NCBI GenBank assembly: GCA_010356995.1 | Contig: ML996697.1 | Coordinates: forward strand, 368,153-432,152 | Direction of reading: 5' to 3' | DNA from: Trichodelitschia bisporula | Lineage: Eukaryota | DNA: 64,000 nucleotides | Shown here: positions 13,057 to 25,169 of the stretch, piece by piece | Layout: each line of letters opens with the position of its first letter | Numbering within the stretch: the first letter of the stretch is position 1 | Notes under the pieces: generated by a model | Database searches by the model: none | Seen by the model: the letters and a program-made list of their open reading frames with translations, nothing else | What the model was told of the DNA's origin: nothing | Translations under genes and position numbers: made by a program

Positions 13057-16000
13057 ATGACACCTTCGGCCGACGATACCCCGCAGTATACTTCGCCAAA
13101 CAACTACAACTATCAAAGAACCCGCGCCCACGGCCATCCGTTTGACGGGATCGTCCAGCGTTCGCACGGCCATCATGAAGCTGGTCGAAGGGAAACGTAC
13201 GGGGAGAAGTTGCCCAAAATATATCCCAGGGAGTTGTAAGTAGCCCTCCTTCCATCTCGTCTCTAGACCACTTGTCGTTGGAACCCTCACCAAATGTACT
13301 GCGCGGACGGCGCAACCGCAACACAGCGCTGACAGCGACTCAACAGAAAAAAGTCGTCGGCTGCTGCATCGCGCTATCCTTCTCCATCCTCACCCCGCCC
13401 CATCACATCGCCACTTCTCTCTGCACTCGGCACCACTACCAGCACCGCCGCGCAGTACACCAGTGACTGGACTAAGTCCCTCCCATTCTTTGCATCGACT
13501 TCGCCCGGCAGCAACGCCAGCTCCCCGCCCACTCAGATTCCTATCCAGGTTCGTGATGGTGGGCTAGGATTCACAAGCGTGTCCCCGTCGCCACCGTCGC
13601 TTCGTACGCAGAGCCACCCCAACAACCCGCACCACGGCTTTGGGGGTCGCCAGCACCCATCGCCACACCATCGCGACCGTCGATCGTCCATGTATGCGCA
13701 CCACGCGGGTAGACCGGCGCACGGTAATCACATTCCGCTGCCGCACGAGGACCAGGCGCACTTCCACCCGGGCGGCCTGCCCGACTTCAACAGCATCGGC
13801 ATGGCCAAGACGGGGCTCGTCCCCGGCGAGAAGGGGTACGCTTGCGCCTTTGACTCGCTCGGCACCAGTGGACACGTCCCTTCGTCGTCGGCGGAGAATG
13901 TCCTGCATGTCGGCTATGAAGGCGGCGTGCTCGTCTACCGCATCGCTCGCAAAGGCGCTGACGTAATCGGGCGTCTGGATAACCTGCGGGGTGCCGTGAT
14001 CGGAGCTAAGGTCCTGCCGTGGACCTGTCGCTCGGATCCCGGCCGCGCGTCGCGCCCCTACATTGCGCTTGTCGTTCACGGGCCTGTGTTTGCGGACGAC
14101 GAGGTCTCCGACTCGAGCAACTCGTCGGCTGGGCAGAGCGATGCGGAAAGCCCGACTCCGTCGAGCCGTCCGTCGTCAAGCAAGGGCAAGACCTTCAAGG
14201 ATGTCGTCACTCATTACCAGACCACGGTGGAGGTGTACTCGCTGTCCGCGAAGAAGCATATCGCGACACTCTATTCTAGCCCTCGCGTCGAGGTCGAGTA
14301 CACTTCAGTCGGCGAGTGCAAGATCCCGCCCCCGGTGGGAGACTTGCGCGTAGACGCCAACGGCAAGTTTGTAGTGGTCGCGTCTGGCATTAGCGGCGAG
14401 ATCTTTATCTTTTCGCCTTACACCAAGCAAGGCGGTGATGATCTCGATTCTGTCCGTTGCATCGGAAAGCTGTGGACCTGTATCCAGCCGCGCGAGCCCA
14501 AGGCGTCGTCAAATACGTCAAATGCGACCGAGCCGTCAAGCCCCATCGAAGAGGATGTCCATGGCGTTCCGCTCTTTTCATTAAGCAACCGCTGGATCGC
14601 AACGGTGCCCCCGCCCTCCGCCTACAGCTTCTCGCTCGGTGGCACGGCGCTGCTTGCGAGCCCAGATGCCCCCCGCCCACCTGGTATTGCCATGCACATG
14701 TCCCCGCCGCCGCCGTCGTCCAACTGCGCCGTCGACCTTCCTGGCGACGATGACTTCGTCAACCGCGTATCACGTGAGGTGACGCAGGGCGTCATCAAGG
14801 GTGCGAAGTGGATGGGCGAGCAGGGAATGCAAGCGTGGAACAGCTACTGGAGCAAGGGTGAACAGAACCGGTATCCGACCAACGGCCATACCCACCCAGA
14901 GCCTCCGACGCAGCAGTTCCCGCCGACGCATGCGTACACCCCGCCGGTGCAGGCCGAGCCAACGCAGGTTGCTATCTTCGATCTCCAGCGTTTCCTCGAC
15001 GCGGAGGAGGTTCGCATCCGGAATGTCCTCCAGCCTATTGCTACCTTCGAGCCTCCTTCCGGATGTAGCTTTGTGTCGTTCGCGCCGAGCGGCCTGGCGC
15101 TCCTCACTGTCAGCAAGAAGGGCGATGAGCAGTTTGTCTGGTGCCTCATGCGAACGCATAATACTCGCTCTCCGACATGCTCAGGCGTGTCACGCCTCGG
15201 CCCGTACGTGCGGCAGATTGCCAAGTTCACCCGCATGACGGTGTCCAGCGTAGTGGACGTCGCGTGGCTTTCGCCACAGGGCATCCGCTTCGCGGTCGTT
15301 ACGGAGCGGGGCACAATCCATGTGCACGAGCTCCCGGCGTCTGCCTTCCAGTGGCCGCCGTTCCGCCGCGGGCGTCGTCTTAAGCAGGCGCGCAACGTGC
15401 CGCAGGATCCCAAGGGGCCACCGTCGCCAAAGGGCGCGCTCACGTCCGCCATGGATACAATCAACGGGACGAGCACCTGGCTTCGGTCGGTGCGTCAACG
15501 GAGTGGCAGCGGTAGCGTGGGCCTCGGCGGACTCGCCATGGCGCCCGCGAACGTTGGGAGCAAGGTCGTCAAGGCAGGCTTCAGCAAAGGCTTCAGCGCC
15601 GTCGCGAGCTCCGCAGAGACCATCTACCACGCCGGTGAAAACAAGCTGCACCTCGAGGCGTCAACCACTCGCGTCGCACCGGGATGCATGCGCTGGATGT
15701 CGGGCAAGGACAAGGGGTCGCTGGCCATCGTCACGTCGGGCATCGTCTGCATCTACTCCGTGCGGCAGACGACGACGGCGCGCAAGGGGAAGCCTCCTCT
15801 GCTACGGGCTAAGATCTCGAAGAAGGCGATTGAGCTCCCTCTGCATACGATCCCGAACGATCAGTTTGCGCCGGCGACGCGGGCGGTTGTTGAGGCGAAG
15901 ACTCAGGGCGCGCCGGTTGAGGGCATTGCGCCGGTGGCGGGGATGTGGAATCTGCGCGCGCCGTCTGCTGCTACGCACACACATGACGATAGGGAGCATG

Positions 16001-16452
16001 ATAATTGGCATGTGCCTGTTGAGGCGGAGTCGGACCCGCCGTATCCGCCGTTCCACACCGACCGGCGGGTGAGCCTGTTCGCGTACCCAGAGCCCGAGGA
16101 GGTCGTTGCACGACCAGTACCAGACGCAAACGATGCACTCGAAGACTTCGGTCACTTCGAAGATACGCTCGAGGAGTGGAAAGTTGAGTCCCTAGAGCCG
16201 TGGCTGCGTTCGGTACACCATGTCGATGACGACGAGGGTGCGTGGATGTACGGTGCTGAAATCAAGGATCTTAAGCTGCTGCTCGAGGGGACGGGAGTTG
16301 TGGATGACAGCGCCGACGAGATGGAGATGCGCGTGTCAAGGGGTGAGGACGGGACGCAGCTTGTCGTCACGACGGTGCGCAAGGCGGGCCGGGAGGAAGA
16401 CTTTTTCGAGGATGATTGTGATGTGATTGATTTTGCGGACGAGCGGGTGTAG
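13057..16452 (+). CDS. BCAS3/PROPPIN-like WD40 beta-propeller protein (2 exons, intron about 13236-13347)
   Basis: 957-aa ORF extended upstream via GTAAGT...CTGAC...CAG intron; motifs SFVSFAPSGLALLTVSKKG and FTRMTVSSVVDVAW...VTERGTIHV typical of Atg18/BCAS3-type propellers. Confidence 0.72.
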
Positions 16453-17408
16453 CTTGTGAGCGTCTTGGGAGGGGTATGCATCGGGTGAACCACGACTTGT
16501 GTGCCTTGCGGTCAGTGTGCGGAAATCGCACTTTCTACTTGTCTGCCAAAGGCATTCATTGGGATGGCAGGGCGGATTAGGCGTTTTGCGCGTTCGCTTT
16601 GCATTCTCTCCACGCTGTGCTCTATCCATGGCTTCTTTCATCCGCGTCCGCGTCCGTTGCGCACACCTCCGCTTTGTTGTTGGTTGGATAGACGGGCTGA
16701 GGGACGGGATTCAGTGAGGATTTCGAGTGTATGCCATTTTGGTAGAATATTACGCTCCTTCGAAGGACTGTGTGGTGACTGGCGTGATGAGTGTACTACG
16801 AGTACAGTACCAGTGGGTGGAGGGGATTGTGCCCCAGGAAAAGGACCAAAGGCTACGTTGCTTAGAATTACTACGTAGACCAAGCGTAAAACATAGCTAG
16901 CTGACTCGATCCTGATAGATTGCAAGTGGCACTCGATGTAGGAGCCAGCTCGTCGACAAACTAGCTTGGTGCTGATGATGATACTACGAACTGCTTTTCA
17001 ATGAGGGGCCATCCGGAAAAGTGATGGCCCGCACCCTTACTGTGGTAGGCAGGGCCCAGGCGCACGACTTTTCCGCATGCCCTAAGGCGCCGGGTGGGAC
17101 AGATTAAATCTCCGAGCTACCCGCAAAAGTGATTGCTGGGTTGTCCAGGAAATCAGTAGCAAAAGAGTAGCAGGGACTTATCGAGGATCTCTTCCGCATG
17201 CAAGCCACGTCGTATTTATAAGATCGAATTGTGGGGCATCAAAGATCGACCTTGGGACCTCACTTGTGGCGCACAGGAGCTATTTCGACCTTGAGATTCC
17301 ACTGCCAGAAGTCCACATTGCATCGCGCCGCGGACGAGGCAAAGAGCTTCCCTCCCAGCGCTGGTCCCCTTCAACTTAGCGTTCCACCACCCACATTACC
17401 GAGTTGCG

Positions 17409-18084
17409 ATGGCTTCCGTCCGCCCCATGACGACGCTCGATCTGTTAGCCTTCAACCCGTGCAACCTGGACCATTTGACAGAAACATACAGCATGCCATT
17501 TTATTTGGAGTATCTATCGAAGTGGCCGCATCTGTGCCGCGTCATTGAAGGACCCAAGGGTCAAATCGAAGGCTACAGTATGCATTCCTCAGGCGACTGA
17601 ACGTCACCATCTCGTCCCCGTTACCCATCGTCCCCTAACCCACAACCACAAAACCAAATAATACTAACCGCCGACAGTCCTCGGCAAACTCGAAGCGTCG
17701 CCATACCCAGCCCCCGTCGAGCCATACTCACCACACACAAATCCAAACCCAAACTACCTCCCTTGGCACGGGCACATCACAGCGCTCACGATAGCGCCAG
17801 GTGCACGCCGACGCGGCTACGCGTCACTACTCACCGGAGCCTTGGAAGCGCAGTGCGAGGCCCGGGACGCATGGTTTGTGGATTTGTTCGTTAGGACGGA
17901 TAATGCGGTTGCGCAGGAGTTGTATCGCAAGCTTGGGTACAGTGTGTATCGGAGGGTGGTGGGGTATTATAGTGATGATGGGGATGCGTTTGATATGCGT
18001 AAGAGTTTGAAGAGGGATGTGGGGGGGTTGCATGTTCGGGAGGGGGGGGAGGCGGTTCGTGTTGAGCCGAGTGAGGTTTGGTAG
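17409..18084 (+). CDS. NAT3: N-terminal acetyltransferase B catalytic subunit (GNAT), intron 17578-17676
   Basis: NLDHLTETYS..FYLEYL.KWP, PWHGHITALTIAP, FVDLFVR..N.VA..LY.KLGYSVYRRVVGYY..DAFDMRK. Confidence 0.95.
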
Positions 18085-18647
18085 GCTTGCGTGTGGGTTA
18101 GGGGAGGATGGGAAGGGCAGGTGGCGGTGAGGAAGGGTTGCGCGGCATCGGGTGTCGGGGTACGGAGACGTTGTCATTGCCTTGCTGTCTGTCATATCGC
18201 CGACGGTACTGGTGTACCATGGTTTATCACTTGGTTCGGGTGTCGGTAACTCAGGAAGGGGGTCGGTGTGAGTGAAGCTTACGTCTCGAGTACGGACATG
18301 CCGTCATCCCCTCCGTAAACGTATCCGAGCTAACCCATCCAGTAACTTGAGTACGCAAGAAGTACGGCTAGGACCCTTCTACCAAAGGGACGCTATGGAA
18401 TATCTACCACAATTCCTCTGAGGATCAGGCTATCAGGCCATGTAGTTACGTTGCCTTGCACATTGGGGTCCTCACCGTCGGTCGTAAGCACTGAAGCCAA
18501 ATCCCTATAAATACTCTCTTCCCCACTTGTCCACTTTGCTTCTCACCCCAAAAACAACTCGTTTCAGTCAGTCAGTCAGTCAAGCACAACACCAACCAAC
18601 CTTGATCCACCTTCATCTGACTCCATCAACCTTCATCCACCTTCATC

Positions 18648-18755
18648 CACCTTCATCACCTTCATCACCTTCGTCACCTTCATCACCTTCATCACCTTCA
18701 TCACCTTCATCACCTTCATCACCTTCATCACCTTCATCACCTTCATCACCTTCAT
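18648..18755. repeat. (TCACCTTCA)n 9-nt tandem repeat in putative 5' UTR
   Basis: About 11 copies between a TATAAA near 18506 and the ATG at 18806. Confidence 0.92.
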
Positions 18756-18805
18756 CCCTTTCACCCCTCCATCCACTTCTTCCACCTCTCATCCCAGATC
18801 CACCA

Positions 18806-20005
18806 ATGTCGCTCCACTTCCCCGTCGACATGCACGCCCCGGATTACACTTGTCCCGAGTGCACCGCCCCCCGTCCCTCCCCCCCGGGCGCCGTCATGGA
18901 CCCAGCCAGCACCGCCGACCATCCCTTGGACGACTTCGTGATCGATGCCTATTCCGATTCCGATTCCGAGACTGAGACCGGACACATGCAACTAGACCTA
19001 GACGACCTCCCGCGGCCTGCCCGCGCGCCCTCCTCCCGGCCCCTGCACGTCTCTGTGATCGATGCCAATGCCAATGCCAATGCCGATTCCGATTCCGATT
19101 CCGATTCCGAGGCCGAGACCGAGACCCTACTAGTTCTAGGCGACCTCCCGCGGCCCGCCCGCGCGCGCCCCTCCCGGTTCCCTACCACCGGGCGGTCCAG
19201 CTCCTCGCGGCGCGCCCGCCGCCCCGATCCAATCCGGCCCAACGGCGTCAGCGCCCCAGTCTGGCCCCGCCACCGCCCCGTGCCCGCCTCCGCGCCCTCT
19301 ACCGGCCTTGGCACCTGTCGCACGCCGCTAAACGGCCTCCGGCGGCCTGCCCGCACGCCCCCCAGCCGAATCCCCACCACCAGAGGGTCCCGCTTTCCGA
19401 GCCCCTCCCGCCGGGCCGTCTCTCTTGCCACCATGTCACGGCCTATCGACGACCCGGCGGATGTCGCTCCAAATACGTCCGTTTCTCGGCAATTCGAGCT
19501 CGATGTTGCCGCGGCCGCCGCGCGGGGGGTGGACCCAGGTTCCATACATGATTACGGAGTCGCCATCGCCCCCATCGACGCCTCGTCGGAGGGTGGAGGA
19601 CGCGAGGACACCTGGTCACCAGCCGAGGAGCAAGGCTGGGGCGCACTGCACGAGCTGTTTTATGAGGCGGAGTTGCAGATCCATGCCGACATCCGCAGAA
19701 TCATACCCATCGCCGGCCTAAACGATGCCAACCGTGTGTCCGCGGACGCGCGTTCGACCTTCCCGCGGTATCCTACGACTCACTTGGCCCTTATGATCGC
19801 CGAGCTCGGACAGATGGGCGTTGAATTGCATGACCAAGCTCACCGGCGACTCGGAGAACTGCGCCGGGATGTCGAAGCCGAAATTTTGGAGCTTGAGGTC
19901 TCGCCTGCACAGATGGCCGTTGATACGGTCGCTGGCTTGGCGGAGTGGCGGAGGGATTTCCTTGAGGAAATTATTGATAGCTTGAGGAACGAGACGTTGG
20001 GTTAG
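18806..20005 (+). CDS. Orphan hypothetical protein with internal duplication and C-terminal helical region
   Basis: Intronless about 399 aa; duplicated VIDA..SDSDSE.ET..L.DLPRPARA segment; upstream TATA box; CPEC motif near N-terminus. Confidence 0.6.
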   Translation: MSLHFPVDMHAPDYTCPECTAPRPSPPGAVMDPASTADHPLDDFVIDAYSDSDSETETGHMQLDLDDLPRPARAPSSRPLHVSVIDANANANADSDSDSDSEAETETLLVLGDLPRPARARPSRFPTTGRSSSSRRARRPDPIRPNGVSAPVWPRHRPVPASAPSTGLGTCRTPLNGLRRPARTPPSRIPTTRGSRFPSPSRRAVSLATMSRPIDDPADVAPNTSVSRQFELDVAAAAARGVDPGSIHDYGVAIAPIDASSEGGGREDTWSPAEEQGWGALHELFYEAELQIHADIRRIIPIAGLNDANRVSADARSTFPRYPTTHLALMIAELGQMGVELHDQAHRRLGELRRDVEAEILELEVSPAQMAVDTVAGLAEWRRDFLEEIIDSLRNETLG

Positions 20006-20276
20006 CTCGGGTGTGGGATGAGGAAGGCTCCTGTCCTTCCCATGCAACGCCAGCGACATAAGCGACAATACTACAGCCCGGCCTCAACTTCATGAGGATG
20101 GCTCTCGCCCACCTAGTCCTAAATTCGGAGAGACAAGGGCCTGTCAGCGGAGCATCCTTGCCTTCGGCCGACACGGACTTTGCCCGACGCTCATCGACTC
20201 CGCAGCTCACCCTACATCTATCTTTTTCCGCAAAAACTGTGCATCAATCCACACTACGACGAGCCCAGCTCGCCCA

Positions 20277-20348
20277 TCTTCCGTAGTCTAGTGGTCATGA
20301 TTTCCGCTTGTCACGCGGACGGCCCGGGTTCGATTCCCGGCGGGAGAG
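20277..20348 (+). tRNA. tRNA-Asp (GTC), intronless
   Basis: Acceptor stem TCTTCCG/CGGGAGA, anticodon arm TCCGC-TTGTCAC-GCGGA, T-loop GGTTCGATTCC, followed by a TTTTT Pol III terminator. Confidence 0.96.
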
Positions 20349-21419
20349 ATCTTTTTGCCGGTCTACGACACCACGCTCCCCGTGATAGGAAGGAACGTCC
20401 AACCCAGCTCGCAACGGAGATTTGCGGCTCTGGCTGGGCGGGCACGGGCGCAGGTTAACTGGCTCTCGATGCGATCTCCTTTTTACTGCATCCCAAGGAG
20501 CGATGGCGCTGAGTCCTGTTCTGAACCTCATCGGATATTTGGAAAATTGGTGGCCCTTGTGGCCTGTTTCGCTCCTCCTTCCGATACTTAGAAGTCACCC
20601 CAATGCCCCTCTCTTGTCTCAGCGTTGCGCTTTCGTTCTCGCGTTGCGGTGGCGGCATCACTTGACGCACCACGGAAGGGATAGGGTGCTCAGCGCTGGT
20701 TTTACGGAAGCGGGTCTGGTGTGGTTTTTGGATTCGGGTGTTGATTTGGCTGCGGATTTGGCTGTACATTTGGTTGTTGATTTGGCTATGGATTTGATCG
20801 TGGATTTGGTTGTGTATTTGGCGTTGGATGTGGCGTTGGATTTGGATAACTTTGGCTGTAACTAGGCTCTCTTACCGGCTTCTTGAAATGTCTCTAGAAT
20901 ATACACTTCAACCTTTTACAGTCCATGTCCGTGTACACTTTAACAAGCTTCTGCCGTTAAGCCACCGTAATTTCCTACGGGATAATGATTCTAGCGATGG
21001 CAGGGCAGATCCAAGGGTAGTTAGGGCCAAGTGAGCGTCACGTGTGCTCCGAAAGGGGAAGGTAGGGTTGATTACGTCACGGCATGCAAACTCAGCAGTC
21101 GATGGAGATCTTTTTATGGGAACTAGCTAGATGAACTCATGCATATTCCTCAACCCTCATCGTAGTCGTCATCAACTCAATCGTCGTCTTCAAGCGTAAC
21201 AGAACCATCGGCTCAAACAAGCATCTCAAGTCAGTACCGCAAATCTTCGTCTCAAAGCCTAATGTCGAAAGCTTTAAGACCCATAACATCACAAACGCCC
21301 TGTAACCAGCATCTTAAACCACATCGCAGAATCTCATCATGTCGTTCACAATCCATCCATCTCGAAATCACAAGCCCAGTTCAGTTCGCACAATCATCTC
21401 CAATCTTCCATCGCCCAGT

Positions 21420-23158
21420 TTACTCCGCAAAGTGGACACGCTTCGGGGAGCTAAACGCACGCCCATCACCCCCACGCAGGGCACTCCGCAATCCCACCTC
21501 AGCACTCGAATGGCGCCTCTGACGCTGGCCACGCAAACCAGACGCGCTCGCCTCGGCCCGAGGACCGGCAGGACGCGTCTGGGTCGGCTGGACGCGCTGG
21601 CTCACCTCAGCCCGAGGACCGGCCGGACGCCCCTGGCTTGACTGGGCGCGTTGGCTGGCCTGACGTACCGGAATCGCCGCCGGTGCCTGTCTGTGATGGT
21701 GCTCCTGAGCTTGTGCCTGCCCATGGCGATACTCCGAAGCCCGCGCCTGTCTGTGGTGGTGCTCTGGAGCCCGCGTTTGCCCATGATGTTGCTGCGTCTG
21801 ACCATGATGCTGTATCTGACCATGATGCTGCGTCTGACCATGATGCTGNNNNNNNNNNNNNNNTGCTGCGTCTGACCATGATGCTGTATCTGACCATGAT
21901 GCTGCGTCTGACCATGATGCTGCGTCTGACCATGATGCAACGTCTGGCCATGGTGCTGCGTCTGACTATGGTGCTGTGTCTGGGCATAATGCCGCTCCGG
22001 AACCGGCACGCGCGGAATAGTGTGACGCGGCGCCTGGGGGGTGGACTCACTGCGACTGTGCTGAGCCACGCGATAAGCAGAAGTCGGCATCTCCGTACGC
22101 GGAGTCGGATTCAGCAGGCCTTCGAGCTGATGATGAAACCTCTGCCAACGCCTACGCAGCCGGTCAACTTCCGCTTCAAACTCTTCTAGTTCGGCATTGT
22201 TTGGAGGCGAGGGATAGGAAGCCGCGCTGCCGGAAACCGTGCTATGGCAATGACGGTGCGCGTGTGTGGTGCCGGAGCCAGTGCCTTGAGCCGAGATGGC
22301 ACCACGACGCTCACGAGGTGTGCTGTCCAGGATTTCAGTGCGGGTCCTCTGAGCAGCAACGGGGACATCGAGGGGGGTGCAGTGCTCGCATGTGCTGGCG
22401 GGTGACGGGCGAGAAATGCCTGCCGAAGGGTGCGGGATGTCGGCCCAGAAGTTCATCGTAGGATTCGCCGGGTGAGCGGACGCCTGGCCCGGGCGCGGCA
22501 GGTAAGGCTGCTGAGCACGCATCGCTGGATCCGCCGGAGGGAACGCATGGCCCGGCCGCATCGGGAGAGGCCGCCGAGCACGCATCGCGGCCGTAGCAGC
22601 GGACGGTGGCTCTTCGTACCACCCGAGCGGCTCACCGCCAGCCCTAGCGACAGGTGGATTCACGGGAAGGGGAACGTGCCTATGGTACTCTGGGATTGCG
22701 CCAAGTCCGTCGGGGGCGCGCACCGGGGCAAAGGGCACCATCGGAGGAGCCTGGGGATACCCGAAAACTGGAGCCAGCGGATGGTGCCAAAAGGATTCAG
22801 GCTGTGGGGGTGGGAAGGCCGGAAAAACTTGAGGCGGCGGGGGGACCGGAAGAGCTGGAGGTGGGGGCGAGGGTCCCCAGTGGCCATGTATCTCCGTGGC
22901 ACGCTGAAGAGTATCCCTACCACCAGGTGGGCTGACAGTCAAGGTGCCATCCTCGCGAAACCTCAAGTTCAACTCCTCGGGGGTGGGAGGCATGGCCAGT
23001 ACATCCTGAAGAATCTGGATCCGCAGAGCCTGAGATTCCGCATCGTAAGCGGGGACAATCCGGGCGCGGTCAGCTCGACGTTGCCATTCCTGAGTGTACG
23101 CGGGCGAGTCATTTGAGTAGGAGAAGTATATCTCCATGGGGAGGAGAGGGTGATGCAT
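21420..23158 (-). CDS. Pro/Gln/His-rich disordered protein, paralog 1 of the KRVHF family (spans assembly gap)
   Basis: After the N-gap the QHHGQT repeat frame continues ...AAIPVRQASQ...RRHSSAEVGLRSALRGGDGRAFSSPKRVHFAE*; the apparent frame change is a gap artefact. Confidence 0.7.
21780..21990. repeat. 18-nt coding tandem repeat (QHHGQT)n with gap at 21849-21863
   Basis: Unit TGCTGCGTCTGACCATGA on the + strand. Confidence 0.93.
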
Positions 23159-24203
23159 GATTGCAAGTCCCCGTTGAAGTTCAAGCAAAGGTATTGGGTA
23201 AGGACGACCGTGGCGTGTTAAGGTGAGGTTGCCGAAAGCAGGGGGAGTTGTTGGAGCCCGGTGTGCGAAACGGTGCCAGATTGACTGCGGACTTGAGCGC
23301 TTGGCTGTGGACGTCCTGGTATCGCAGGCGGCAAAACTCGTAAGCCTTGCCTACGGATCGCTCAGTTCGCACGTCGCTAGCCTGACAGTTCTGCGCCGTA
23401 CTCAACTTCACTTCTGAACGCCAGATAGGTCAGCTTCAAGTCGCGACGCCGAGCTCAGAGCATGGCTAGCTCACCGCGCAATCCAGCTTTCAATGTTTAC
23501 CAATGCGGCTTTGAAAGCCACGAGAATCGCCAGCAAGGGGCAGAGCGCTCTGCATTCGAAGCTGAGACAAAGCGCGCTTGGATGTTGTGGGGATCAACAA
23601 AGAGTGGTAGGGAGAGGAAAAGATTGCGGGGAGAAAGAGTTGGAGAACCAGAGAGAGCTAATGGCGAAGTTCCTCTGTGGCGGCTGGAGTATTTTCGGTA
23701 CGGTGAGGCTGTGCAGAGGGTAGCAATGGAGAATGGGGAAGGAGTGCCAGATCGTGCCTGCCTGTACGATGAGTGTGGCTCCTATGTGTGGCTCCTATGT
23801 GTGGCTGCATCACAGGTTGTGATGTCGCAAGGCTGTTGAGACGAGGGAGTTTGTCTAATCTCCATGATAAGGCTGAGGGCAGTTGGGCACGTGAGAGCCG
23901 AGAAGGGAAGGCAACGGTGATTTGTCACGGCATGCAGAACTCAGCAGTGGATGAGATTTACCGTAGTCTGTCGTCTCAACACTTGTCCGAAATCATTGCA
24001 GTTATCAGCTCAAATGCAACCATCTCACCCCTGGGCAAGCGTACGACTCATCCCAAAGCCCAATACCATAGGCTTCACGATATCCTCATAGCCAGTATCT
24101 CCAGACCACACTTGCTCTACGGCATCAGACGCCCACAAGCCATCCACCTTAAAACCACAGTTTGGTCCAGTTCGCAACACCGTCTCAAATCCCCTGCGCC
24201 AAC

Positions 24204-24908
24204 CTACTCATGCTCGAAGTGAACCCGCTTCCTCGGCCCACGCCCATGCCCAGCTCCTCCACGCATCGCACTCCGCAGTCCTTCTGCGCCAGACGAATGG
24301 CGCCTCGAACGAGGGCCCGGCGCCCCCTCAGCCCGAGCAAAAGGCCGCGCCTCAGACCGCGCATCGGCGGGACGTCCTTTCGTCGGCAGGACGGGGCGGC
24401 TCGCCTGGCGCACCGGAGTTGCCGCCCGCGCTTGGTCGCGATGAGTCCCGTCGCGGAGCTGTGTCTGGCTGCGGTGCTGTGTTTGGCTATGCTGCTGCTC
24501 CAGACGCGGCTCCGCCGGCGCACCCGTCGGGACGCCATGCGGGCCCGGGGGGTAGGAGTTCCGACGCGAGCGCCGAGGCAAATGCTGAGGCGGAGCCGGC
24601 ATCTCGGAGCGCGGAGTCGGCGAACGACGGGCGCCTTCGCGACTGTGGCCGTGCTCGTCGACTTTGTGCATGGACATCGGCCCGCCCAGTTCGTTGAAGC
24701 GCCGGTTTCGCTCTTCGAAAATCCCGTCTCGCTTCTGGAAATGTCGGTCTCGCTCCTGGAAATGTCGGTCTTGCACCTCGAGACGCCTGTCTAGCTCCTC
24801 GAGACGTTGATCTAGCTTCTCCTGAGCGCGCGCAGCGTCAAAGCCACCTCTGGCACGATGCAAATCCTCCATCGCATAGTCGCCCATGCCCCGGAAAGGA
24901 TGCGACAT
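24204..24908 (-). CDS. Disordered/coiled-coil protein, paralog 2 of the KRVHF family (234 aa)
   Basis: MSHPFRGMG...RDRHFQ heptad repeats...ATPVRQASR...RRHSSGAEGLRSAMRGGAGHGRGPRKRVHFEHE*. Confidence 0.7.
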   Translation of the reverse strand: MSHPFRGMGDYAMEDLHRARGGFDAARAQEKLDQRLEELDRRLEVQDRHFQERDRHFQKRDGIFEERNRRFNELGGPMSMHKVDEHGHSREGARRSPTPRSEMPAPPQHLPRRSRRNSYPPGPHGVPTGAPAEPRLEQQHSQTQHRSQTQLRDGTHRDQARAATPVRQASRPVLPTKGRPADARSEARPFARAEGAPGPRSRRHSSGAEGLRSAMRGGAGHGRGPRKRVHFEHE

Positions 24909-25169
24909 GTCGTTCGAGTGTATGCCAAAGTCTTGGTAAAGGTAGGGTGTAGGAATGGCCACAATACGGCGACTTAAGTTCGCCGAAAGGGGGAGCGGTG
25001 AGGTAAGGATGCGAGTTGTCGGATACGGTACTGTGGCTGGCTGTGTACTCCTGAGCACCGGCCAACTGAACCTCGGATTGTTGTCAGTGTCGGGCTGAGT
25101 GAGGTCTTGCCGAAAGGTAGCAGTTTTTGTGTTCCAAGCTTGAGGATGGACTCCACTTGTGAAAGGTAG

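Noticed and set aside
21602..21863. Programmed frameshift or SIMVRR-repeat C-terminus in ORF 21602..23188
   Set aside because: Frame change coincides with an N-gap of arbitrary length within an 18-nt repeat
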